Of a stretch of 50,155 bases of DNA, positions 1 through 9,312 are shown piece by piece. The notes beneath the pieces were generated by a model, which did no database searches, was not told where the DNA came from, and worked only from the letters and a program-made list of their open reading frames with translations. Position numbers and translations under genes: made by a program. The stretch comes from Candidatus Zhuqueibacterota bacterium (GTDB lineage Bacteria > Zhuqueibacterota > Zhuqueibacteria > Zhuqueibacterales > Geothermadaptataceae), in the NCBI GenBank assembly GCA_015491485.1, contig WFVT01000032.1, forward strand, positions 1-50,155, in the 5' to 3' direction. Each line of letters begins with the position of its first letter. Within the stretch, counting starts at the first letter, position 1.

Positions 1-99
1 CTGCAATTGATAAGAAATGAACAGGCTGGCGGATACAGTGGCAAGAATGAGCAGAAACAGGTTGAGGAAAATAATTTTTTTACGGAGTGAAAGCGTCAT
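1..99 (-). CDS. 5' fragment of a probable sensor histidine kinase (PhoR-like), truncated by the window edge
   Basis: ATG at 99 (minus), 3 nt after the response regulator stop. Reads MTLSLRKKIIFLNLFLLILATVSASLFISYQLQ (basic N-terminus plus TM helix) and runs off the edge. Not in the ORF track. Kinase identity inferred from position. Confidence 0.6.
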   Translation of the reverse strand, partial: MTLSLRKKIIFLNLFLLILATVSASLFISYQLQ

Positions 100-102
100 A
101 TA

Positions 103-801
103 TCAGCTTTGATCGTCTTTGAACCGGTATCCCACACCTTTGAACGTTTCGATGCGTGCGGCATATTTAGGTCCGAGCTTCTCACGGATTTTTCGGATAT
201 GAACGTCGATGGTGCGGTCAGTAACGATGATGTCATATCCCCAAATGTGGTCGAGCAGGGCTTCGCGGGTCACCACACGGCCGGTCCTTAAAGCCAGATA
301 TTCCAGAATTTGGAATTCCTTTTTGGTGAGCTTGACCTCTTTGCCGTCCACTCGAACGGAAAAGCTTTCGGGCTGAATCTCCAGGCCGTTGAATTTCAGG
401 ACACGGGGTTCCTTACTGCGGCTGACCTGGTTGGCCTTGCGCAACACCGTTTTGACGCGCGCGATCAATTTGCGCAGACTGATCGGCTTGACGATGTAAT
501 CGTCCGCCCCCAATTCCAGGCCGACCACCTCATCGATTTCACTGCTTTTGGCGGTGAGAAAAATCACTGGAATGGACGCCGTTTCGGGTTTGGCGCGCAA
601 TTCCCGTAAAACCGTCCAGCCGTCTTTTTGCGGCAGCATGATATCCAGGATGATCAGGTCTGGATTCACACGCTCGGCCAGCTCCAACGCCTGCTCGCCA
701 TCGCGGGCCGTCACGATGTGGTAGCCCTCGGCCTGCAAATTGAACTCCAGCAGGTCGAGAATGTCCTTTTCATCATCTACGATAAGGATGGTTTGGGCCA
801 T
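103..801 (-). CDS. OmpR/PhoB-family DNA-binding response regulator (PhoB/PhoP-like)
   Basis: REC domain (ILIVDD...IILDIMLP...FLTAK...GADDYIVKP) plus winged helix (LTKKEF...RTIDVHIRKIREKL...ETFKGVGYRF). Start placed at MAQT with GAGGGG upstream. Confidence 0.93.
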   Translation of the reverse strand: MAQTILIVDDEKDILDLLEFNLQAEGYHIVTARDGEQALELAERVNPDLIILDIMLPQKDGWTVLRELRAKPETASIPVIFLTAKSSEIDEVVGLELGADDYIVKPISLRKLIARVKTVLRKANQVSRSKEPRVLKFNGLEIQPESFSVRVDGKEVKLTKKEFQILEYLALRTGRVVTREALLDHIWGYDIIVTDRTIDVHIRKIREKLGPKYAARIETFKGVGYRFKDDQS

Positions 802-1108
802 GGTTGATTTCGCCCCTCGATATGGATTCACGGAGAAGGCAATATCGCCGTTGCCGTTTCAAATCGCCCAAAGATAAGTTGAAAAATTTCGGGAAACAAG
901 GGAATTTATTGCCCCATGGTGCCGAATCGAAATCCAATGGCGTTTTGAAGCCCGCCAAAAGAAGAAGATATGGTAAGTGAATTACGAAAATGTGGCTGAA
1001 TTTACCCGCCAAACCGTCATCCAGATTGAGTTGTCGGCTCAATATGGGTATGAAATGAGCCCGAGATGTCAAATGGATTCAGCGCAGTCCCTGAAAAACA
1101 CCCCGGTT

Positions 1109-1126
1109 CTGTAAAATTGCTGTAAA
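1109..1126. promoter_or_regulatory. Pho-box/OmpR-type direct repeat CTGTAAA-N4-CTGTAAA
   Basis: 7-bp unit repeated with 11-bp period in the divergent region between the PhoB-like regulator and the STAS gene. Resembles the pho box CTGTCAT-N4-CTGTCAY. Confidence 0.45.
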
Positions 1127-1242
1127 CCGAATGTGGGTGGCGAAATTGTTGCATTGGCGTATTCGGAAAGACGAATCGTACGAGCACATGGATGTGTTTT
1201 GAGCCATACAGCCAGGATCAGAGCAACAGGAAAGGAGAGCTC

Positions 1243-1617
1243 ATGCCTTCCATCAAAACCCGGTTCGAAAGCGCCTCCGCGGCATCAACCGCCTGCCGCA
1301 GTCCATTCATGGCCGTCACAGCCACGCTGAAACTGTATGATGATGAAATCACCGGAAGCATCGAACTGTCGGGTCTGGTGGCCGGTTCGGATGCGCAATC
1401 ACTTGCTCAGTTTTTGCGCAAACTGACGGCGTTGCCGGCACAGCGCTGGATCCTGCATCTCCATGAAGTCCGTGTGCTGAGCTTGAAGGGGTTGCAGGCG
1501 ATTTTGAAGTTTGCGAAAAATGTGCAGCGTCGAGGCGCGATGGTCATTATCCGGCAGACCAACCCCATCATCAATCATTTGATTCAGGAAATGGATGTAT
1601 CCGGCTATTTCGAGTGA
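1243..1617 (+). CDS. STAS-domain protein (anti-sigma-factor antagonist-like)
   Basis: AGGAG RBS before ATG 1243. IELSG-LVA...WILHLHEVRVLSLKGLQAILKFAKNVQRRGAMVII pattern fits the STAS fold. Confidence 0.7.
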   Translation: MPSIKTRFESASAASTACRSPFMAVTATLKLYDDEITGSIELSGLVAGSDAQSLAQFLRKLTALPAQRWILHLHEVRVLSLKGLQAILKFAKNVQRRGAMVIIRQTNPIINHLIQEMDVSGYFE

Positions 1618-1775
1618 GCCTTCTCGAAAACGTCCGCACATGGCATAAAAAAACGTCATGGCGAGGAGCAGAGCACCGACGCCTTTCCCTCCCGAATCGG
1701 TGGCCGGGCGCCGCGCTCTGAATCGGCTCGCGATGACGGTGTATGGACAGGCCGACAAGCTGGTCGGCTCGTAGC

Positions 1776-4700
1776 CTATGTCAGCTCTTTTACCAGCGCC
1801 TGCAATGCCGGATTCAGTTTTTTGATTTCATCCTCAAGCACCACACTGACTTCTTCCGCCTTTTCCAGATTGCCTTCTTTTGCCAATTGCTCCAGCTTGT
1901 AAGCAAGATCATAGGCTCTCTGGGCGCTGAATGTACCGACAGAGCCTTTCAAGCTGTGAGCCGCACGGGAAAGCGCTTCCGCATCTTTGTTTTCCAGCGC
2001 TTCCCGGATGTGTTGTAACATTTCTGGACTGGTTTCCAGAAAAATGCTGACCAGCTCCTCCAGCAGTTCCTTGTCCCCCGCCACACCCTCTAAAACGGCC
2101 TCTGGATCCAGCAAGTCCGTTCTTCCTTGAGTAGATTCGGTCATGGCGTTTTCCTCACGGTTGGTTTGATTTAGAATACGATCGATTTCTTTAAACAAAT
2201 TTTCTTTGCGAATGGGTTTGGTTGCGTATCCATCCATTCCAGCCTGTATGCATCGTTCTTCGTCCCCTTTCATTGCGTGGGCGGTGAGCGCAATGATTGG
2301 AATATGGCCGCCGCGTTCTTTTTCCAGGTTTCGAATGATTTGCGTGGCTTCAATACCGCCCATTTCCGGCATCTGTACGTCCATGAGGATCAGATCGAAC
2401 GGTTTCTTTTGCCACAGCTCAACCGCCTCGCGGCCATTTTCAGCAACCTCCACCTCATAACCATGTTTTTCCAGCAAGCGTTTTGCCAGTTTCTGGTTCA
2501 CCGCGTTATCCTCTGCTAATAATATTCGGAGTTTTTTCTCGGATGCATGAGTGCTGTTGGCAATTTCGTCCCATTTTGCCGCCTGAACCGCCTGCTCATC
2601 TGCATCCCCATCGATGACCCGTATTTGAGGTTGACTGACGACACGGATAATTTCATTAAACAAATCCGACGGACGGATGGGTTTTAAAAGGTATGCCGAA
2701 ATGCCGAGTTCCTGACATTTTTGGATGACATCTTTTTGCATGGTCAGGGGCAGCATCATAATGATTTCCGGCGGAGATACGCTTTCATGCTGCTGGTAGA
2801 GGTCCCGGATTTGTCGGACTAACTCAAAGCCGTCCATGTCCGGCATTTTGGCATCGACCAATAATACATGGATCGGTTTTTGATGGCGCAGAGCCGCTTC
2901 GACCCATTTGAGGAGCGTATGAGCATCGTTGGCCAATTGCGGTTGTATGCGCCAGCTCAGCAGGATTTTTCCGATGACCTGCAAACTTCTGCGGTGATCA
3001 TCGACCACCATGACGTTGAGCCGGGTTAAGGCCTCCGCGTACTGTTCCGGATCGTGCTCTTTTTCAGCGCTCTGCTGAACTTGAAACGGAATGACGAATT
3101 GAAATTGACTCCCCACACCGACTTGCGAGGTCACCCAGATGGTTCCTCCCATAAGCTCAACGAGCTGCTTGCAGATCGCAAGGCCGAGTCCCGTGCCGCC
3201 GAACTTCCGCGTGGTGGAGCCGTCCGCCTGCGTGAAGGCGTCAAAAATGACTTTTAATTTGTCTTCAGGGATCCCGATCCCGGAATCGGCAACTTTGAAG
3301 TAAATCAGCTCGGTGTCAGCCTGCGTCTGCGTTCGATGGTAAACGGATTTGATCCGTTCCAGAAGGTCAGATGAAATTCCGGATAGATTGATGTCATCCG
3401 GAAAGTGGCGAATTTGCAGACATTCTAAGACGACTTCGCCCTCTTGTGTAAATTTTATGGCATTGGAAATCAAGTTCATTAAGATCTGCTGCAGCCGATA
3501 CGGATCGCCGACAATGATTTCCGGCAGATAGGGATCGGTGTAATAGACAAATTCCAGCCCCTTCTCCTCGGTTTTGAGAGCAAATGTTTTTACCACATCC
3601 GACAGATGGGCTTTCAGGGAAAACGGAATCATTTCCAGGTCCAGTTTACCCGCCTCAATTTTCGAGAAATCCAGAATATCGTTGATGATATTGAGCAGGG
3701 TGTTGGACGACTGCTGCACGAGCTGCAAATATTCCCGCTGTTCATCATTGAGATCCGTTTCCAGCACAAGATCGGTCATGCCGATAATGGCATTCATGGG
3801 CGTTCGGATTTCATGACTCATATTGGCCAGGAACTCCGATTTCAGCCGTGCAGCCTGATTGGCATGATCCCGGGCGATCTCCAACTCGCGCCGCAATTTG
3901 ACTTCATCTTCAATGGTTTTCATTTCCACCGACAGCTCAGGGTTGCCGCCGGGATCGCGTTTGATCGGGCGAATGGTAAAGATACTGGGGATATAGCCGC
4001 GTCGGGGATTGTGCAACTGCAGTTCGGTTCGGAAATAGCCCTCCTGTAATACCACATCCAGACCGGTGGATATTTTTTGCAAATCCTCGCTTTTGAAAAT
4101 CGGTAGCTCCGTAATGCGTTTATTTTGAATGGTATCCAAAGAAAGACCGGTAAAATTCAAAAAACTATTGTTGGCAATCAGAATCTTCCCCTGGGGATCA
4201 ACTTTGAGAATGAAGGTGTCCAGGCTGTTGATCCATTCTTGGATTTCCCGCTGGCTTTGATTCAGCAGCTCGTAGAATTTCTTTTGTTCAAATAAAATGT
4301 AGCCAAAGAAAAGCACCGCTACACAGAACAGTAAGATAAAAATGCCCCCGACCAAATAATTGGTCTTCTTGATTTGGTGCAGGACGGCCGAATGGGGAAT
4401 GGAAAAAACGAAACCAATAGGCTCGTCCCAGATTTGAATGGGCGTGTAGGCGGCAACAAATTTTTCCTGGGTCAGTGCATCGCCGTTGTCCGTTCGTGCG
4501 TAAAAGTGCGTTATGCCGTCAAATCCCTGTTTGAGATCATCAAAAAAGCGGCTCAATCCCGGGCTGTTTTCTTCCGGGAAAAAGTTTTCAGAACTGAGGA
4601 TGGTCTGATTGGTGGCAAAATTATACACCCACACTTTCAGGTTTAAATCCAGAAGAAAATTTTTGAAACTGTTTAAAAACAGCGTTTGAGGCGAAAGCAC

Positions 4701-5225
4701 CAACACGACGTTGCTCAGCGTGTACTGATTGCGGCGAACCGGCTTGAGGTAGGCCGGACGTTTGCCGGATTCGGTGCCGACCTGAATTTTGAAATGCTCG
4801 GATATTTCACGAAACGGCAGGCGGTTATCCTTTTTGCGCCTGGAGCCAGCAATATGAAAATAGTTGTTCTCATCTTTGCGGATTTCCAGCAGCACGCTGT
4901 CCGGCGTGTACCAGTAAATGGCTTCAAGCCAGTCTTCGTATTTCGAAAAAAAACGCCCGAGCTGGCGCTGCACTTCAAATCGATCGCCGTCTTCGAAAAT
5001 CACCAGCTCTGTGAGATAGTCCAGATCCGTATGGACGTCCTGGTGCCTTAGCATCAGCCGTTCGCGGGCAAACTGCGCCTGACGGAGCAAGCGGCTGCCG
5101 GTTTGTTGCAGGGCTTTGGAATGAATGCTGATCAGAAACTGATAGCCCCCATAAATAATCGCCCCTGCAATCAGCAGAAAAAGGGTAACGAGAAAGCGCG
5201 TGTTTATAGGCCTCGGAGTTGCCAT
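1776..5225 (-). CDS. Hybrid sensor histidine kinase (periplasmic sensor, PAS, HisKA, HATPase, 2x REC, Hpt)
   Basis: Two TM helices. H-box FLANMSHEIRTPMN, N-box NLISNAIKFT, G-boxes DSGIGI and FGGTGLGL. Two REC domains (LLVDAKMP; ILMDVQMP). Hpt motif AHSLKGS. Confidence 0.95.
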   Translation of the reverse strand: MATPRPINTRFLVTLFLLIAGAIIYGGYQFLISIHSKALQQTGSRLLRQAQFARERLMLRHQDVHTDLDYLTELVIFEDGDRFEVQRQLGRFFSKYEDWLEAIYWYTPDSVLLEIRKDENNYFHIAGSRRKKDNRLPFREISEHFKIQVGTESGKRPAYLKPVRRNQYTLSNVVLVLSPQTLFLNSFKNFLLDLNLKVWVYNFATNQTILSSENFFPEENSPGLSRFFDDLKQGFDGITHFYARTDNGDALTQEKFVAAYTPIQIWDEPIGFVFSIPHSAVLHQIKKTNYLVGGIFILLFCVAVLFFGYILFEQKKFYELLNQSQREIQEWINSLDTFILKVDPQGKILIANNSFLNFTGLSLDTIQNKRITELPIFKSEDLQKISTGLDVVLQEGYFRTELQLHNPRRGYIPSIFTIRPIKRDPGGNPELSVEMKTIEDEVKLRRELEIARDHANQAARLKSEFLANMSHEIRTPMNAIIGMTDLVLETDLNDEQREYLQLVQQSSNTLLNIINDILDFSKIEAGKLDLEMIPFSLKAHLSDVVKTFALKTEEKGLEFVYYTDPYLPEIIVGDPYRLQQILMNLISNAIKFTQEGEVVLECLQIRHFPDDINLSGISSDLLERIKSVYHRTQTQADTELIYFKVADSGIGIPEDKLKVIFDAFTQADGSTTRKFGGTGLGLAICKQLVELMGGTIWVTSQVGVGSQFQFVIPFQVQQSAEKEHDPEQYAEALTRLNVMVVDDHRRSLQVIGKILLSWRIQPQLANDAHTLLKWVEAALRHQKPIHVLLVDAKMPDMDGFELVRQIRDLYQQHESVSPPEIIMMLPLTMQKDVIQKCQELGISAYLLKPIRPSDLFNEIIRVVSQPQIRVIDGDADEQAVQAAKWDEIANSTHASEKKLRILLAEDNAVNQKLAKRLLEKHGYEVEVAENGREAVELWQKKPFDLILMDVQMPEMGGIEATQIIRNLEKERGGHIPIIALTAHAMKGDEERCIQAGMDGYATKPIRKENLFKEIDRILNQTNREENAMTESTQGRTDLLDPEAVLEGVAGDKELLEELVSIFLETSPEMLQHIREALENKDAEALSRAAHSLKGSVGTFSAQRAYDLAYKLEQLAKEGNLEKAEEVSVVLEDEIKKLNPALQALVKELT

Positions 5226-6220
5226 AAAGTCCAACCCAATTCATCGATTTTTGCCGACATGATGGAATACACTTCCCCTGCAATCGATAGCACAACGTCT
5301 CGCCGGTTTTGCTGAATCACGGCTTCGGCGACCTCCCGGATTTCTCGAGTTGGGCTTTTCAGTAAATTAAATTGCTCCGACCGGAAGGTATTTGAACGAA
5401 TAGTGGCAATGTATTTATGATTCACCAGGGGAGGAAGCCGCAGGATTTTGGCTCCCTGTTCCTCGGTCGCAATCACCAGACCTTCATGATCAACGATCAG
5501 GAAGATGCCGTCCTCGGAATTCAAATACCGGTCGGCAATGTTTTTGATGGTGACATCGATGCCGGCGACGCCCACAAATTGATTTTTGACGTACACCGGT
5601 GCGATCGTGGAAACCGTCCAGCCGCGCCCGGCGGGATCCACATACGGCTTGTTGATCCACAGGCTTTTGCGTTCCGGGTTATGCTGTTCATCCGCCAGAT
5701 AAAAGAAATTGAATTGCCGCACGTCAAGTTTGGGCTCGAATACCATCAGCACATCAAAGTAAGGGTAGATGCGGCAGAAACTTTCGGGATCATTGAAATA
5801 GATTTGACTGACTTCAGGGTAAATATCCACCACCGGCTTCATGAATAAATCAAAAAATTCTGTGAAACGCGCACGGGCACGGATGCGATCGTCCACGGGA
5901 ACGGCTCCGGACACGAACAGTGCGGATCCACCGTCATCTTCGGGCTTGTACAGCACCGTTTTTTCATACATGGCATATTTGGATCGGGTGAGTCCGTCTC
6001 GAAGCCGGTTTTGATTTTCATAAATCCCGCGAATATAATGACTGTAAAATTCCACCATTTTTCGGATGTGGAAAAAATCCCGATTGATCTGAGAGGCGAT
6101 ATTTTCCAGTTCAAAAAGTAAATGATTATCCTGATCTTTTGCCTGATTTTGGGAGCATTGCCAGGCAACCATCGTGACGAAGAAAAACAGAAGTGCGGAT
6201 TTTAACCGTTTCATGATCAT
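5204..6220 (-). CDS. Stand-alone dCache-domain extracytoplasmic (lipo)protein
   Basis: Signal peptide ending AWQC. Cache motifs WINKPYVDPAGRGWTVSTIAPVY...GVAGID...FLIVDHEG...LGWTL. No second TM helix or output domain. 3' end overlaps the kinase start. Confidence 0.8.
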   Translation of the reverse strand: MIMKRLKSALLFFFVTMVAWQCSQNQAKDQDNHLLFELENIASQINRDFFHIRKMVEFYSHYIRGIYENQNRLRDGLTRSKYAMYEKTVLYKPEDDGGSALFVSGAVPVDDRIRARARFTEFFDLFMKPVVDIYPEVSQIYFNDPESFCRIYPYFDVLMVFEPKLDVRQFNFFYLADEQHNPERKSLWINKPYVDPAGRGWTVSTIAPVYVKNQFVGVAGIDVTIKNIADRYLNSEDGIFLIVDHEGLVIATEEQGAKILRLPPLVNHKYIATIRSNTFRSEQFNLLKSPTREIREVAEAVIQQNRRDVVLSIAGEVYSIMSAKIDELGWTLWQLRGL

Positions 6221-6572
6221 TTCCCTATCTATTTTTTGATTTGGCAATTCCCAAATAATGCGACAATTGGCCTAATTTTTAGGAAATAATTACTATGCGG
6301 CCTATTTTTATGCTATTACATCGGCAGGATTTTAAAATTCTTGGAAAAAAACTTGCCGTCATGCCAGGACGATAGCTCGGCGGGGAAGACGGGGTCGATC
6401 GGGGAGAGCCACGTTATGGAGGGAACGGATTTCAGCGGACATTTCGGTGATACCGGGTGGAAAAGCCGTTTACGGAAAAAAGCCTTGCCCGGCCTGCGAT
6501 ACGTCACGCAGGCCCGGAGGAAATGGAGCGAGTGGATTCAGCAATCGCGAACAAGCGAGCGGGGCTGTGGCT

Positions 6573-9092
6573 TCAATATTTTGCCAGCAGGCGCGCCGCC
6601 CGCACGATGTGTTCCGGGCTGACAAGAAATGCTTCTTCCAGTGGCGGACTGTACGGCACGGGCGTGTCCAGCGCGCCGAGCACGCGCACCGGCGCATCCA
6701 GATATTCAAACGCCTCTTCGGCTATCATCGACGCGATAGATTGCCCGATGCCGCCGGTTTTGCTGTCTTCCTGTACAATGAGCACCTTGCCGGTTTTTTT
6801 GGCGCTCCACAAAATCGCCGTGCGGTCCAGCGGTTGGATGGAGCGCAGATCCAGCACCAGGCACTGAAGGCCGTCTTCGGCTTCCAGTTGCCGGGTGGCC
6901 TCGAGACAGCGATGCACGTAGGCACCGTACGTGATGATGGTCAGGTCGGAACCGTCGCGCTTTAGATGCGCCCGGCCGATGGGCAGCAGCCGATCCGCAT
7001 CTGCAGGCGGCAAGTCTTCTTTAATGTTGGCGGCGCGGTACAGCGCGATGTGCTCGTAAAACAACACCGGATTATCATCCCGGATCGCGGCTTTGAGCAA
7101 TGCCTTGGCTTCGCGGGGCGTGGATGGGCAGACGATTTTGAGTCCCGGTGTGCGGAAAAACCACGGTTCGGTGTTCTGTGAATGGTACGGGCCGGCCTGC
7201 CGCAGTCCGCCCCACGGCATGCGGACCGTCATCGGCACCGGATGATGCCAGCGGTAGTAAATTTTTGCTGCATTGTTGACCAACTGATTAAAGCCGCTGG
7301 CGACAAAATCGTTGAACTGGATTTCCGCCACCGGGCGCTTGCCCATAAGCGCCGCGCCGGTGGCCGCCCCGATGATCGCGGACTCAGCCAGCGGTGTGTT
7401 CAGCAGTCGGTCTCCGAATTTATCCAGAAGCGATTTGAGAATGACAAAGGCATTGCCATACTTGCCGCCAACGTCTTCTCCAAGAATGAACACATCCGGA
7501 TCGCGGCGCATCTCCTCCTCCAGCGCCTCAACGATCGCCTGCCAGAAGGTTTTTCCTTTTGGATCGGGGGTGAAACCAACCGGTTCATCGCTGTGCCAGT
7601 CCGGTATATCCGGAAATACCGATGTGCGGTTTTCGAGCGGTTCCACGTGCACTGCAGGTACTCCGTCGGTGAATACCGGGTGGCCTGCCAGTGAAACTTT
7701 GGGCCATTCCGCCTGTTTGACGCGTTCAGCCGCCGCTTCGATTTCGGCTTCCACTTCGGATATCATCCGAGCAATCTCGCTCTCCGTCAGCAGGTTTTCC
7801 CGAAGGAGCTTTTCGCGATAGCGGGCGATCGGATCTTTGCGCCGCCAGTATGCATATTTTTCCGCATCCACATAGCCGCCATCGCGGATGTCGGGATATT
7901 CCAGAAACTGGTCGGGTTCGTGGCCGAAGTACAGCATATCATCGTGGTGGGCATGCCCGCACATGCGCATACAAACCAGCTCCACCATCACCGGGCCCTC
8001 CCCGCGGCGGCAGGCTTCGGCGGCTTCGGTAACGGCGGCAAAGACCGCTTCCGGATCGGTGCCATCGACGGTGATGCCACGGATGCCGTAGCCCCTGGCA
8101 CGCTCGGCCAGCCGCTCGCAGGCGAACTGCTCGTTGACCGGCGTCGAAAGCGCGGTTTGATTGTTCTGCAAGACATACACGATGGGCATTTTCTGCACGG
8201 CAGCAAAATTGATCGCTTCGTGCCATTCGCCGGCGGAGGTGGCGCCCTCGCCGTTGCAATTGATGACCACCCGTCCCGTGCCTTTCAGCGCCAGGCCGAT
8301 ACCGCAGGTGGTGCCGGTGCTGATGGCGATGGGCGCGGCCGGCGGCAACACCCCGATATCAAAATCGCCGATGTGCAGGTCTTTGCCCTGGGTAGGAACG
8401 CCCGGTTTCCCCATTTGTGCGGCCATCACGTCGTAGGGCTCCAGCCCCATGGCCAGCGCCAGCCCCAGATCACGGATCATCGGCGCCACGATGTCGCCGG
8501 TGTAGCGGCCGTTGTCCCGGTACCGTTCGCCGCGGTGCAGCCGGATGCCGGCGGCGTAAATCGCTTCCTGGCCCATGGACCGGAATCCCTTGCCCTGAAA
8601 CGGAGTGCCGTCCGGTAGCTTGATTTCATTACTGGCAAAAAATTTTTTCAATCGGGCATCCAGATAGCGGGTGCGGAGCATGCCGCGCAGAATTTCGATT
8701 TTCTCCTGTGGTGTCAGACTGGCGCGCAGCCGCAGCCGCTCAAAAGCCGCCCGGATGTCAGCTTGCAAGCCATGCAGAAACCGTTCACGTATGTTGACGG
8801 CGGACAGCATGGGGACGACTTCTTTTTTTTGCCAGGCGGTGGGAATTCGATTCAGAAGTTCTGGAAGGCGGTTCACGAAGTGATCTTCAGTTTGCTGGAG
8901 TGCCGAAGCCGTCATTCGGCCGGGCTGCCGTGCCAAAAGCTCTTGCAACTCCTGAAACAAAGCGCCGGCAGCGGCGGGAACGATTTGAAACAGCGTCTGA
9001 TGCAGCTCGAGCAAAATATCCGATTTGGCAAAACGCGGAGAAGATGCTTTCTTTTTCGGTTTGCGTGTGCGGGCTTTATTCTGGATGGCCAT
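6573..9092 (-). CDS. 2-oxoacid dehydrogenase E1, fused alpha/beta subunits (TPP-dependent)
   Basis: GQEA motif, TPP motif GEGATSAGEWHEAINFAA...QNN, then E1beta motifs GEDVG, NTPLAES, EIQFNDF, HSQ, and transketolase C-terminal domain DLRSIQPLD. Confidence 0.92.
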   Translation of the reverse strand: MAIQNKARTRKPKKKASSPRFAKSDILLELHQTLFQIVPAAAGALFQELQELLARQPGRMTASALQQTEDHFVNRLPELLNRIPTAWQKKEVVPMLSAVNIRERFLHGLQADIRAAFERLRLRASLTPQEKIEILRGMLRTRYLDARLKKFFASNEIKLPDGTPFQGKGFRSMGQEAIYAAGIRLHRGERYRDNGRYTGDIVAPMIRDLGLALAMGLEPYDVMAAQMGKPGVPTQGKDLHIGDFDIGVLPPAAPIAISTGTTCGIGLALKGTGRVVINCNGEGATSAGEWHEAINFAAVQKMPIVYVLQNNQTALSTPVNEQFACERLAERARGYGIRGITVDGTDPEAVFAAVTEAAEACRRGEGPVMVELVCMRMCGHAHHDDMLYFGHEPDQFLEYPDIRDGGYVDAEKYAYWRRKDPIARYREKLLRENLLTESEIARMISEVEAEIEAAAERVKQAEWPKVSLAGHPVFTDGVPAVHVEPLENRTSVFPDIPDWHSDEPVGFTPDPKGKTFWQAIVEALEEEMRRDPDVFILGEDVGGKYGNAFVILKSLLDKFGDRLLNTPLAESAIIGAATGAALMGKRPVAEIQFNDFVASGFNQLVNNAAKIYYRWHHPVPMTVRMPWGGLRQAGPYHSQNTEPWFFRTPGLKIVCPSTPREAKALLKAAIRDDNPVLFYEHIALYRAANIKEDLPPADADRLLPIGRAHLKRDGSDLTIITYGAYVHRCLEATRQLEAEDGLQCLVLDLRSIQPLDRTAILWSAKKTGKVLIVQEDSKTGGIGQSIASMIAEEAFEYLDAPVRVLGALDTPVPYSPPLEEAFLVSPEHIVRAARLLAKY

Positions 9093-9312
9093 GGATCTTT
9101 CCCTTACGTATCGTTGATGATGCTGTCAATACGAAACATCACTCATGCGTGCCGGAACCAAACGAATCTATTCCATAATATAAGCGACGCAAATCGTGAA
9201 TGCAAAACAAACTCACGGAACCGCTGTCTCAGTGGTTCCGCAGTGCTTGACTTGTGAAGGGCAGAGAATTAATTTGCAACCGTTGAAAGCAAACATCGGT
9301 TCGGTCAATGAA

